From the human T2T-CHM13v2.0 reference genome, Homo sapiens: a stretch of DNA of 64,000 bases. The stretch is taken from NCBI RefSeq assembly GCF_009914755.1, contig NC_060927.1. The stretch is one strand, 5' to 3'. Position numbers and translations under genes: made by a program. Under the pieces are notes generated by a model. The model had not been told where the DNA came from, searched no databases, and was given only the letters and a program-made list of their open reading frames with translations. Shown here piece by piece: positions 15,601-31,180 of the stretch (position 1 is the first letter of the stretch; every line of letters starts with the position of its first letter).

Positions 15601-16921
15601 ATTCTTCCAACTGCCCACTGGCCTAGATTGGGTGAAAAGCCATCAACCCATGTCACTTTAGGCTGCCAAGCTTAGACATGCCATGCATGATTGGCCGAGT
15701 AAGTGGTTTTCTTTTCAGGCCAGGATCAAGCCTTTTTCATTTACTTTCAAATGTCGCTATCCAAGTTGCCACCTCTATTCATATACCATTGACATCAGGG
15801 TAGGGCATAGGTTTTAGGTAAGTGTAGCATTGCTCTGTTTGTGGAACAGGCAAATGGTGGAACTTCTCCATCTGTTTTTTTCTGAACCCAAGGGCACTGG
15901 GTTAAGAAGTAATAAAAATGGTGGCTGATTATAAAGGCCAAGAGTAAGCTCTATTGGACACTGAGTGTAAAGGCAGACGCATGCTATACAAATTTCAAAC
16001 ATGTTTTACCCATTCTCTGAGTCTGTATGTTGGGGTAGAAAATAATTATAGCCTTCTGTATTTATCTGTGCATAGGTACCACTTGGTGATGGTCTGCATT
16101 TCTTTTGCTAATCTTATTTTATGATTGAGTTGAAGAAAATTGATTTGAATGGGAGCACTTGATTGTTTCCCATATTTGTTTTTTTCCTGATCCAGTTAAC
16201 ATTGGTGCTTTTCTTTATAGCATACTGCTGAGGACTTAAATGACAAAGCTTTGTCCTTGACAAAACTCCTATGTGAGTCACTCTTGGTCTGGATCAAAGC
16301 TCAAGCACTTTGTTGTATAGTATGTCTGGGCCTTAGTTTTCCCATTTGTGAAATGGTGCTAAGTACCTTGCACCAAAGAAATGAAATATACATGGTCTTC
16401 GCATGATGTTTAGCACAGTGTTAGGAGTTCATGGTTATTATCATTAGATGGAACCTAAGAGAGTGATTAGTTCTGGGGCTGCATATTTCAGGATATTAGA
16501 AACTCTGGTAAGGAGCACAAAATCATCAGGTTAACAGCCATCAGTGAATAATGTGAAGTAGGTTGCTACGGTGATGGGAACGAGGCTGACTTGGGAGGGC
16601 ATAGTGAAAGAGGTTGTGATAATCAGAAAAGTCTAATCTGTATAGTTTTTGAGAACTTTCTCCAATGAACTAAAGCATTGCCTACTCCCAAGAAGGCAGT
16701 TGGCATCTTGAAGCTAGTACTGTCTCCTAGGATCCTCCAAATCGGATTGGTATGCAAGTTTACCATGTTACCCTGGTAACCACAGGGAGGAAGAAAGAAG
16801 ACCCATAACACTAGTAAGCTATGAAAAGAAATGACAGACAAGCAAAGAGTTCCTTATGATCTATAGCATATTGAAGTTAGAAATGGCCATAATCTGCTAT
16901 AAAAAACAATTTGGATATTTT

Positions 16922-17220
16922 AAATTTTATTTTAATTGACAAATAATAATTGTGTATATTTATGGGCTACAATGTGATATTTCAACCCATGTATACATTG
17001 TGGAATTATCAAATCAGGGTAATTAGCATATCCATCACCTCAAATATTTGTCATTTCTTTCTAGCGAGAACATCTAAAATCCTCTCTTGTAGCTATTTTG
17101 GAATATATAATACATTATTATTCAGTACAGTCACCTTGCTGTGCAGTAGAACACCAGAACTTATTCCCCCTGTCTAACTGAAATTTTGTACCAATGGAAC
17201 AACATCTCCCCACTCCCTGT
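16922..17220 (-). mobile_element. L1MA (L1MA8/9-like) 3' end
   Basis: TTTAATTGACAAATAATAATTGTGTATATTTATGG..AATTAGCATATCCATCACCTCA..CCAGAACTTATTCC. Confidence 0.8.
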
Positions 17221-17979
17221 TCACTATTTAAATTTTTCATCACCCCTTCTTTTTGTTTAAGGATTTTCCCTTCATAATGACTTTTTATTCACATGAAATC
17301 CTTAATTATCTTACAAACATTAAATGAGCACCTATTCTATACTTAAATCTGCACCTCACCACAGTTTTGTTAGTAGGCAGGGCAGGTTGGGGAAACTGAG
17401 TCTCAGGAAGTGACACGACTTGCTTATCAGTGTCATGTCTGTTCAGTACCATCATTTTGTTTTTACTCTCAGTACCATTTCTAATGCCTTTGGGACTAGC
17501 AGGAATGGAATATAGTACACTATGGGGATTCAAAGTTATCATTTGAGTTTTTGACTACTTATGAACAACTTGAAGCTCCATGACTTGTGTGTGTATGTGT
17601 GTGTGTGTGTTTATTTTAATTTTGCTGAAGCACACATCTGAATTGATGCAAGGCTGCTGTGTGGGAGTGTGTATGGCACAGCTGTTGTTTTTCCCTGCCT
17701 GGCACCAATTCTCCATTCTTCAGTAAGAGCTCTTTGGGTTTGCTTTGCTGTTTCTCACCCATTGGCTGCTACCTAAGCAGTGGGAGTGTCAGTTAAGGGA
17801 CCTGGCCCTCCCCTGGGAAGAGTCTGGCCATGTAACCCAAGTTTAGTCAGTCAGACTGTCTCTCCAAAGAATTAGAAACTTGAAAATAGAGACATGTGGG
17901 TTGAAAAATGACTGGGGAAGATCTAGCCCTGCCATGATACCGTGAAAGTGCTGTCTATTCATTCCCGTTACACAGAACA

Positions 17980-18198
17980 CAGACTGCCAAGCCTTTTCTG
18001 TGAAGGGCCACATAGTAAATATTTTAGGCTTTGTGGCCATAAGGTCCCTGCCTCAATAATTTGGCTCTGCTATTGTAAAGTGAGAGCAGCCACAGACAAT
18101 GTGCAAACAAGTGGGTAAGCCTATACTCCACGGAAATTTTATTTATAAAAACAGATGGCAGGCTAGATTTGCCCTTGGGTCACAGTTTGGAAACCTAG
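17980..18198. mobile_element. MER58A (hAT-Charlie MITE), probably nested in an older ERVL-type LTR ending CTAACTGATACA at ~18359
   Basis: TTTTCTGTGAAGGGCCACATAGTAAATATTTTAGGCTTTG..GCAGCCACAGACAAT..TTTATTTATAAAAACAG. Confidence 0.8.
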
Positions 18199-18743
18199 AG
18201 CCTCAGAGCTATATCAATTCCTGCTCTTTCCTGAGTCTAGTTTTTCAACTCTTCCTTTTTGTGTGCTCCGCATTTATTTTTTAAGCAAATTTCTTTTACT
18301 ATTCAATGTTGTCAGAATTAATTTCTGCTGCTTGCCACCAAAGGACTCTAACTGATACAGAGTGAGCCTCTTGGCTAATGAGTGAATCTAGCTGAGTACC
18401 TAACATCCACATACCAGTGAAGCTTAATCTTTTTGCTTCCCACCAGCATTTGGGATAACATTTGGGAAGCAGTTGATAAAACAGTGTCTTAGGAAAAATA
18501 AATAGGCTTAGTGATGTAAGTAAAGATGATGACATGAAGAGTCTACAGAAAAGAAGATGGTCCTCAGACAGATGTTTAGGATAAATTAAAAAATACAAAG
18601 TTGAATTTGGCAGTGGCTCAATTCTATGATTTGAATTAGCCCTTTAAAATGAAATAAAAAATGGTGAGCTTATAACACTGTTTTAATTAGTTTTTCAAAG
18701 GGATTTTTAAATGATCAAGAGAGAGATTTAAAATGTTTTCTTT

Positions 18744-21550
<2,807 letters not shown>

Positions 21551-21984
21551 AAAATGTTTTCTTTAAAAAAGCTGAAAAAATGTTAAAATGAGGTTTATTT
21601 GTGGTCTAGTTTAATCCTAGGAAACTTGAGCTTTTCATGTTGGAAATTTTGAAGTCTGTGCCCACCATTTCTTGTTGTGAACCGGGGGTTATGTGAGGGT
21701 CTCAGAGTCTATTCTTCTATAGTGAAAAGATTTTACTTCTGTCAATGATGCCCATTCATTCTGTCCCCCACTGTTCTAACAGGAAGTAAATACAGTTGAG
21801 CATCCTATTTAGATCAAGAAGATAAAATCATCAAGTCTTTTCATAGCCTGGCACTGGAGGATATACAAAATGAGCACTCTCCCTGCCCTTATGTAACTGT
21901 CCACCTAGCTGAGATGAAAACATTACCCAACCAGGAAATCTTGAGTAGTCCAAAGTGGTCAGTTCAATTCCACAAAGAATGAAT

Positions 21985-21999
21985 GGGTCACTGTGACCC
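21985..21999. promoter_or_regulatory. Perfect consensus estrogen response element (motif only)
   Basis: GGGTCA-CTG-TGACCC matches RGGTCAnnnTGACCY. Confidence 0.45.
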
Positions 22000-22378
22000 A
22001 TTCTGTGACAGTGCTCAACAGAAACACAATAAAATATTATATCTCGAGCAGTATCAGAATCCTTGCATTCCAGAGATAAAAGGGATCTTTAGAGCCCAGT
22101 TTCTTCATTTCACACAGGAAACACCAAGGTCCAGGGAAGCTAAGTAACCTTGTCTAATGGCCAGTCTCTAATTAATAGTGTCCGTGTGGCCAGAGCCTGG
22201 TGTTCTTAATTCCATTTCTCCAGTGCTCTCCTCTAGATGTAGAAGAGCTGCTTTTAGGAAGTACATAGACCTAAGACTGAATCACAAAGTGAAAGCATTG
22301 TTCCGATTCTATGAAGAAAGTCTCCGTCTAGTTCTAGATCTCTTTGAACCTTTCTTGGGTACTTGAAAAATTCTCTTC

Positions 22379-22983
22379 GACACATGCACACATATGTTTA
22401 CTGCAGCACTATTCACAATAGCAAAGACATGGAACCAACCCAAATGCCCATCAATGATACACTGGATAAAGAAAACGTGGTACATATGCACCATGGAATA
22501 CTATGCAGCCATAGAAAGGAATAAGATCATGTCCTTGGCAGGGACATGGATGAAGCTGGAAGCCTTCATCCTCAGCAAACTATCACAGGAACAGAAAATC
22601 AAACTCTACATGTTCTTTCATAAGTCGGAGTTGAACAATGAGAACACATGGACACGGGGAAGGGAACAACACACACGGGGGCCAGTCAGGGGGCTTAGGG
22701 GAGAGAGGAGGGACGACATTAGGACAAATAGCTCATGCATGAGGGGCTTAAAACCTAGATGATGTGTTGATAGGTGCAGCAAACCACCATGGCACATGTA
22801 TACCTATGTAACAAACCTACACATTCTGCTCTTGTATCCCAGAACTTGAAGTAAAATAGTAATTAAAAAAAAGAATTTTAAGAGCCAGAGCTCAAACTTA
22901 GGTTTACATAATGATTTTTAAAGGCTGGCAAATATAAAAATTAAAGAATAAGATTATTTCTGAAAAAAAAAAAAAGAAAAAAA
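22379..22983 (+). mobile_element. 5'-truncated L1PA8A/PA10-like element with probable 3' transduction
   Basis: GGGGCTTAAAACCTAGATGA 3'UTR; A tract ending 22872; 90 nt unique; second A tract from 22963; degraded TSD AAAAATTCTCTTCGA / AAAAAATCCCTTTGA. Confidence 0.85.
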
Positions 22984-24569
22984 TCCCTTTGAACAAAATA
23001 TAAGGCAGGTCTCAAGCTTATTGTCTTCAGCATGTAATCGCATTTAGCTGAATTTTTATAACATTGCTTTGATTTTGTGTTTATTTTTAACAGTTATGGT
23101 TTTTCATTTATAGACATGGTATAAAGTCTCCTTTTAAGATGAATGTATCTAAGCTTTTTTAAAAAAGGTCAATTTAATTTAAAGGAAAGTATTAAGCAAA
23201 AAATAACAAACACTATACCCAAAACAAACCTTAGTAAATTGGATATATTAACTCAATTAACCTGACAGTAATCCTGTGAAATAAGCACTATTTCCATTTT
23301 GCAGATCAGACAGGCGCTGCACATTTAAATAACTAGAAGAGGTTAAGCAGGTTTCAGACACAGGCTATCTGGTTCCACATTTTGTTCTTCAACACAAATC
23401 TCTACTTGGATGCAAAGTGTGGGGAACAGTGAATTATATCACATTGTGTCCAGACACAGTTTTGAAATAATTGATCTAGAGGAAAAGTCTATTGAATATA
23501 AATTTCCTTCTAACGATATAGACAGCTTTGATCAAAGTAGGTCTTAAGAATGTATCTGGTAGATGCCTGCTGTGCGTGAGATCCTCTGCTAGGTGTTTTG
23601 CAGACAATGTATTTGATTGTTGCAGCAACATTGCAAAGTAGGTATTATTTTATTTATTTTCAGAGGAGAAACTCAGGATTGATTTGTTCTAGAACCCCTT
23701 AATAATAAATATCAGAACAGCAATTCAAACTAATCTCAAGCTGGTTCCAATGTCTATGTTCTTCGCTGCCTTCCAAATTCAAGACCCTGTTTTCTTCAAT
23801 GCAATTCTCCCACTTACTGAGCATTTTCTATACCTCTACCCTCATGCCTGTAATCAGAAATGAGTTGAATATGCTTGCGCAACAAAATGCATCCTATTCC
23901 AGCCAAGTAGCTCAGTCTCCCAAGATTCCTCATAACCAAATTAACCAGTATTTGGAATGGAAGTCAGACAACAAACCCCAGTGCACTGGATTAAAAATTA
24001 CAACCTCGCTGGGCTGGTGTGGCTGGAAAAATAATATGAGACACACAGATAATAAACAGCAGATTTTGGACAGAAAAGCATGGCATTAAATAATTGAAGC
24101 CAGTGAAAGTGGAATGTGGGGCCAAGTCCACACAGCTATTTATGAAACTGAGAAATGGAATATTGATGTTTTGTACCAGAACTGAGAGCTTTCTGGTTAA
24201 TTACATTCCTGGGTGAATTCAGAGAAAAATATGATACTTACATTTTTCAGGGAACAAAATAATTTTCAGTCATTCACTGGGAAATCAGTTAACTCTAGTT
24301 CACCTGCTTTCTATAAAATCTAGAAGAGCATTCTGTTGGCTGTGAAATACTGAAACCTGTGGTTCTTATATGTTCTACTTTTATTATAAATTTATTGGTC
24401 ACTTGCTATGTGCCAAAGATGTTTCTCAGAGCTCATAGCTTGGTGAACAAACATAGAGATTATTAGATCTAGCATATAAAAACTACTAGAATAAGATCCC
24501 ATTCCCTTCCCTATCAATTGCTATCTTATAAAGAATAATTTTTTACATAGGACTCATCAGTACTGAAAA

Positions 24570-24571
<2 letters not shown>

Positions 24572-24601
<30 letters not shown>
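24572..24601 (+). repeat. (GT)n microsatellite
   Basis: About 15 GT units. Confidence 0.95.
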
Positions 24602-24603
<2 letters not shown>

Positions 24604-26026
24604 ATGTTTGCTTATTTGCCTACCATCTGTCTCCCAAAGTAGAAAGAAAAGGCCAATGAAGCAAAGATTTTTGCCTATTGTTTCCAGTACCTAGAATGGT
24701 CCTAGAATACATAATATAATAAGTATTAGTGCCAAATGCAATGGAGGCCACAGGGGAAGAAGTAAGCAGATTCGTCCAGGGTGGGCTGGAGAAGGAACCA
24801 GAGGAAACAATGTTTCAAGTAGGGACTTGGAAGAGGCACAACAGTTTGTGGAGGAGTAAGGCAAGAGCATTGCAGGCAAAGGGAAAGGTAGAAACGGAGG
24901 GAGGGATGCATGAAAGTGTATGATGTGTTTAGGCAGTGATGAAGCCAGGAGTGAGTTGAGGAGAGTAACTGTGAACAGTATGTAGCATGGCAAGGTGATG
25001 CCAGCACATACAATCTATAGCTATGATACAATGTGTCAGTTCCTGCTCATCTCCTTCCACCTGACAGGGCCCCACCCACCTTCCCCAATGCCACCTCATT
25101 TTCCAAAGGCACTTTATCAAGAAAGTCTCAGCACCATTGGCTGGGTTTTAGTGCATTGACTAAGCCTGCAGTTCTCCTTGGCAATCTCTGTTCTATTTCC
25201 TTCAAACCTGGATATATTAATTATTTGCTCTACCCGTCATATGGTTATAACAAAATAATTTTTAGTTGACTCTCCCAGTTGCAGAGCTGAGTTAAATTGC
25301 TTTTAGTTGTGAAGGTTTTATTAACCAAAGATAATTAGCCAGTGTTTGAATAGATATGTGGAAGTATAGGCAGTCTCTAAATATGTCAAAATCCATCATG
25401 TGTCACTTTTTGGCTTATAGTCTTTTTCTTTTGGCTTTTTAACTAACATTGCTTTTTGAATGAGTATCAAGCTGTTTATAGTTAAAAACTCTTACTTGTA
25501 GTTAATAGAAAACAATGAAACTCAAATTATAAGAGGGAGAATTACCGAAGAACACTGTGTTATGCATGAAACCCCAAAGCAGCTGGGCGTCTCAAATGAT
25601 TTGAAACAGACATTTGAAACTCAGGCAGTTTTCAGTCTCTCAGTCTTGCTCCTCCCTGCCCCTACCTCTCCCTTAATCTTGGCCTCTGGTTCTGTCTGTT
25701 ACTTCTCTCTGTTTCTTCCTCTATTCCTCTCCTTCCTCCCCATATGCCAGTTTTTCCCTTTGTTGGCCACTCTCTCTGTCTTATCTCTCTCATTCTCTCC
25801 TTCTTTTTCATTATCCTTTCCACTGGCTGTATTTGCTTTTTCTTATTCATGTAAAGCCTTCCTCACAATTCTTCAGATTATATTTCCTCCATTTAAGAGA
25901 CCAGCTCAGATAATTGGTTAGTTCCCTAAGTCCCCAAGTCTCTCAGATTTCAAAATCCATAGAAGGGGATCTGATTGTTCCAGTTTGACCTAGGTATCAC
26001 CCCTGGTCCAGTCAAATGTGAGCAGG

Positions 26027-26324
26027 GGCTTAGCGTGGTGGCTCTCGCCTGTAATCCTAGCACTTTGGGAGGCTGAGGTGGGTGGATTGCATTGCCCCAG
26101 GAGTTTGAGACCAGCCTGGGCAACATGGCAAAACCCACCTCTACAAAAAGTACAAACAAATTTAGCCAGGCATGGTGGCATGTGCCTGTAGTCCTAGCTA
26201 CTTCGGAGGCTATGGTGGGAGGATCACCTAAGCCTAGGAGGCCGTGGCTGTGGTGAGCCATGATCTCACCATTGCACTCCAGCCTGGGTAACAGAATGAG
26301 ACCCTGTCCAAATAGAAAAAAAAA
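26027..26324 (+). mobile_element. AluJ
   Basis: AGCCTGGGCAACATGGCAA and GGAGGATCACCTAAGCC (J-type); degraded TSD AAATGTGAGCAGG / AAGTGTGATCAGG. Confidence 0.9.
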
Positions 26325-27843
26325 GTGTGATCAGGAAAACATTCACAGGATACAAATGTGCCTGCAGAGGAGGGGTATGGCAGCCCTATGGGTTGTGGGG
26401 AGGACTATGTCTCAGAGAAAGGATATCTCTGCGACTTTAATACATAAGCTAAAAGATGCCCACTCCCTCTAATCACAGTGTCTGAGTGAATATTAATGGA
26501 TGAATTAATATTCTTAAACTAATGTTGGTTGATCAAGATTTCTTGATGAGCGATACCATACAGAAATTTAGCACTTCATGTGGAATGATTCTTCCTTGGG
26601 AAAGCTGATCAGACTTTTTGAAAGTTGGGCCATTTTATATATTTGTAGCGTTCACGTTCCTATGTCAACAGCATTGTGGCCTCACCAAAAGCCAGAGAAG
26701 CAGAATTGTACAACCCAATGTCACTTTTGGGGAAACAAAGGTACCCATTAGCTGTCAGGCAGATGTTCTTGTCTGGTAATGGATCTTGCTGCATCTTCTT
26801 TGTAAAGTGGTTTCTCTCCTGTCCTTTGCTTGCTTGTCTGTAAAATGAGGGGGTTAGATGTGACAGTCTGAGTTCCCATTAGTTCTGATGTGCTGTGATT
26901 CCCAGTGGAGGCAAGAGAGGCCCCTCAAGTTCTGGGCTAGACTAGGAAGGAGCTGCCTGACTGGTCACAACTCCCATAAACACTTGAGCTTGCCAGGCCC
27001 TCTGAATCCTCCGCAAAACTGTTCCAGCTGAACTCAAGATCCTATTTTTATTTTCTAGGTAGTTCTGAAATTAGATTTGCCAACTTTGCAGCTCCTGTCA
27101 AATGTCTGCTCCTCTAAGGAATGGCTTTTCTGACTTTTAGCAAAAGATTTTCATCTCTGAAGGACTGTGGTTACCTTTTCTCATCTCTCAGGGCAGATCT
27201 TTGAAATCACTTGGCCCTCTGAGTAGGGGGTCTTGGCATTTCTTTTCCAGCTGTTAACTGCACCAGAGATGCTTCACCAAAGTACAGAATGGTATACAGC
27301 TTTCTCCTTTAAGAGGCTGTCAGCAGGAGAACCCAATGTGATGAAGGGGAGACTGTAAATTGTTTTACCTGGAAATGGCCAAATTATCTAAGTGTTCTTG
27401 TGATTATACTCAGATTCATCTGGGCATTTGGTGGAAGGCATAAAAATAAAGAGGAAAAAAGAGTGGAGACGCTGGCAGTGTGAAGGCATCTTTAATTCCT
27501 GGCCCTCCCTTGAAATGGTTTCTTTATTCATTATGCAAGCATCCATTGAGTACCTTGTATATTCTAGGTACTCTTCTAGATGCTGGAGAAGCAGGAATGT
27601 AGACAAAGAAAAGATAGACTGGCAAACACATGAACATTAGTCTGGAGTTGGGACAGGGATGTCTGTCTTCTCTCTTGATCTCCTTCCTTCACTTTTCATT
27701 TCTATTAATCCTGTTCCTGAAGCCCAGATGGGACCTTTATGGGAAAATAATGGTGGTGTTGGTGGTAGACTGCTGATGGGCATTTGTGGATTTGGGATTC
27801 AGGAGAGCATTTAAGCTTCTAGACTAAGAAGGTGATAGGATTT

Positions 27844-28660
27844 ATATATATACTCGTTCTGGGATACATGTGCAGAACGTGCAGGTATACATGTGCCATG
27901 GTGGCTTGGTGCACCCATCAACCCATCATCTAGGTTTTAAGTCCCGCATGCATTAGATATTTGTCCTAATGCTCTCCCTGCCCTTGCCCCCTACCCGCTG
28001 ACAGGCCCCAGTGTGTGATGTTCCCCTCCCTGTGTACATTTGTTCTCATTTTTCAATTCCCACTTATGAGTGAGGACATGCGGTGTTTGGTTTTCTGTTC
28101 CTGTGTTAGTTTGCTGAGAATGATAGTTTCCAGCTTCATCTGTGTCCCTGCAAAGGACATGAACTCATTCTTTTTTATGGCTGCATAGTATTCCATAGTG
28201 TATATATGCCACATTTTCTTTATCCAGTCTATCATTGATGGGCATTTGGGTTGGTTCCAAGTCTTTGCTGTTGTGAGTAGTGCTGCAATAAACATACGTG
28301 TGCATGTGTCTTTATAGTAGAATGATTTATAATCCTTTGGGTATATACCCAGTAATGGGATTGCTGGGTCAGATGGTATTTCTAGTCCTAGATCCTTGAG
28401 GAATCGCTACACTGTCTTCCACAATGGTTGAATTAATTTACAGTCCCACCAACAGTGTAAAAGCATTCCTATTTCTCCACATCCTCTCCAGCACCTGTTG
28501 TTTCCTGACTTTTTAATGATTGCCATTCTAACTGGCATGAGATGGTATCTCATTGTGGTTTTGATTTGCATTTCTCCAATGACCAGTGATGATGAGCTTT
28601 TTTTCATATGTTTGTTGGCAGCATAAATGTCTTCTTTTGAGAAGTGTCTGTTCATATCCT
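27844..28660 (-). mobile_element. 5'-truncated L1PA8-like element
   Basis: ORF2 C-terminal peptides on the minus strand; CTAGGTTTTAAG 3'UTR; TSD AAGAAGGT(G/A)ATAGGATTT at 27826-27843 and 28661-28678. Confidence 0.92.
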
Positions 28661-28739
28661 AAGAAGGTAATAGGATTTGTGTAGATAAAAAGGAGAAAAG
28701 GCATTCCAGGTAGAGGAACTGGCATAAGCAAAAGTGTAG

Positions 28740-28930
28740 GGCACTAAGACATGTGGAGAGGTCATGGAGGATGAGAAGCCATGTGGAGAGAGACAGCAAG
28801 GAACCCCAAGACACCAGACATGTAAGTAAAGAAGTCATCTTGGAAATGGATCCTCCCTGCCCCAGCCACTCAGCTGATATATAGCAGAGTCTTTCCACTA
28901 TAAGCAAAATAAAATGGTTGTTTAGGGTAG
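28740..28930 (+). mobile_element. MLT1 (H-like) LTR fragment
   Basis: CCAGACATGTAAGTAAAGAAGTCATCTTGGAAATGGATCCTCC..AAATAAAATGGTTG. Confidence 0.5.
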
Positions 28931-29121
28931 TATATGTTTGAGGGAGCAAAAGGATAGGGTGAGAACAATTCATTGCAAGATTATACTCCATATCTCTTTC
29001 TCTTGATTACTGTCTACTTGTACAGTAAATGTTTGAGCCCTTGTCTGTTTAGTTAATATAAATTGATGTGAAAATGTAAACACAACAGTATATACATAAA
29101 AATATACCAACCCAATTTCAT

Positions 29122-30570
29122 TGTATCAGTCAGGGTCCCCATTTTATGCAGTGTAAAGCAGTTCTGGCTAACTTCAGCAAAATTAGAATTTGTTAAATGA
29201 TACTGAAAAGTTCAGATCATCACCAAGAGAACCAGGCTTGCATACTAATGCTCAGGAATAATGCTCAAAATCAACAAGCAGAAAACGAACAACCACATTA
29301 ACAAATGGGCAAATGACATGAACAGACACTTCTCAAAAGACATAGATGCGGCCAAAAAGCATATGAAAAAATGCTCAACATCACTAATCATTATGGAAGT
29401 GCAAATCAAAACCATGATGAAATATCATCTCATACCTGTCAGAATGACTGTTATTAAAAAGTCAAAATATAACAGATCCTGGCAAGGTTGTGGAGAAAAC
29501 GGAATGCTTATACACAGCTGATGGGAATTAATTAATTAATTTAGCTAATGGGCTAAATTAATTCAGCCATTGTGGAAGCCATTTGGAGATTTCTCAAAGA
29601 TCTAAATACAGAAATACCATTTGACCCATCAATCCCATTACTGGGTATATACCCAAGGGAATATAAATTATTCTACCACGAAGACACGTGCACGCATATG
29701 TTCATTGCAGCACTTTTCACAATAGCAAAGACATGGAATCAACCTAGATATCCATCAATGGTGGACTGAGTAAAGAAAATGTGGTTCATATACACCATGG
29801 AATACTATGCATCCATAAAAAGGAATGAAACCATGTCCTTTGCAGCAACATGGATGCAGCTGGAGGCCATTATCCTCAGTGAATTAACACAGGAACAGGA
29901 AACCAAATACTGCATGTTCTCACTTATAAGTGTGCGCTAAACATTGAGTATATGTGAACACAAAGAGGGGAACAATAGACCCTGGGGTCTATTTGAGGGT
30001 AGAGGGTAGAAGGAGGATGAGGATTGGAAAACTACCTATCAGGTAACATGCTCACTACCTGGGTGATGAAATCATTTTTATACCAAATCCAAGATATACG
30101 CAATTTACCCATGTAACAAACCTGCACATGTACCCCTGAACCTAAAATAAAAGTTGGAAGAAAACTAATCGGGAATCGAAATAGGAATTGATCCCACAAG
30201 GTGTTGCAGTTGCCCCTACTAGCCGCAAACACATCCTCGTCTCATGGACACCCCAGAACTTGTACCATTGGACACTGCCTCTACCTTTGTCACTGAGGCC
30301 TCCAGCAAATGGTAATGGCTACCACAACTACAATACCTTCCTGGGAAGGTGTCAGAGCAGTTCTTCCACATAGTACCAAGATTCTGAGTCTGGGGTATCA
30401 CATCTGACTGGTGGGATCTAAGTCATGTGCTTATGTCCCAGCTCCAAGGAAGGCTAGGAAAGCCAGTAACTGGCATTTTCAGATACCTTTGGTAAAGACT
30501 CTGCCATGGGGAAGGAGGATGATTTTTCCCAATCACAATAATGGATCATAGGTGCTGGGCAGCCAAAAAG
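29122..30570 (-). mobile_element. Old MLT1 (J/K/L-like) LTR split by an L1PA16-like insertion
   Basis: TGTATCAGTCAGGGTC start; CATCTGACTGG..GTCATGTGC..GGAAGGCTAGGAAAG; GGTGCTGGGCAGCCAAAA. Confidence 0.5.
29262..30163 (+). mobile_element. 5'-truncated L1PA15/16-like element
   Basis: Degenerate ORF2 C-terminus; AAAACTACCTATCAGGT..CTCACTACCTGGGTGA; CCCCTGAACCTAAAATAAAAGTT. Confidence 0.85.
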
Positions 30571-30687
30571 AAAAAATAAATTAAAAAGAAGATGATGAAG
30601 AAGGAGAAAGGCAAGCGTTCAAAACACCCATGTTTCAGTGGCAATGGATGCTATCTGTTTATTCACCCAGATTTACTTTCTTATGTA

Positions 30688-31180
30688 CAGTTAACATTTG
30701 TACAACATGGGTTTGAACTGTGTGGGCCCAGTTACATGCAGATTTTTTGTCAATAAAAATTAAACTAAGTGTGCCTGCGTCTCCTGCCTCTTCTGCCACC
30801 TAGTCCATCTCTTCTGCCTCTGTACCCAAGACAGAAAGACTGACCCTTCCTCTTCCTCCTCCTCCTCAGCCTACTCAGTGTGAAGACAAGGATGAAGACT
30901 TTTATGATTATCCACTTCCACTTTATGAATAGTACATATATTTTCTCTTTCTTATGATTTTCTTAATAATATTTTCTTTTATCTAGCTTATTATAAGAAT
31001 ACAGTATATAATCCATATAACAAACAAAATACGTGTTAACTGGCTATTTATGTTATTGGTAAGGCTTCCAGTCAACAGAAGGTAATAATTAAGATTTGGG
31101 GGAGTCAAAAATTATACATGGATTTTCAACTGTGTGATGGGTCAGCACCCCTAACTTGTATGTTGTTCAAGGGTCAACTG
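30688..31180. mobile_element. Tigger2a (MER28)-like Tc1/mariner non-autonomous DNA transposon
   Basis: TIRs CAGTTAACATTTGTACAACA / TGTTGTTCAAGGGTCAACTG flanked by TA on both sides. Confidence 0.85.

Noticed and set aside
15707-15823. Possible plus-strand exon (TTTTCTTTTCAG ... TAG/GTAAGT) and isolated acceptor-like sites at ~31650, ~48523, ~51143 and ~58947
   Set aside because: Such motifs are frequent by chance in 64 kb, and I could not assemble a consistent coding exon chain
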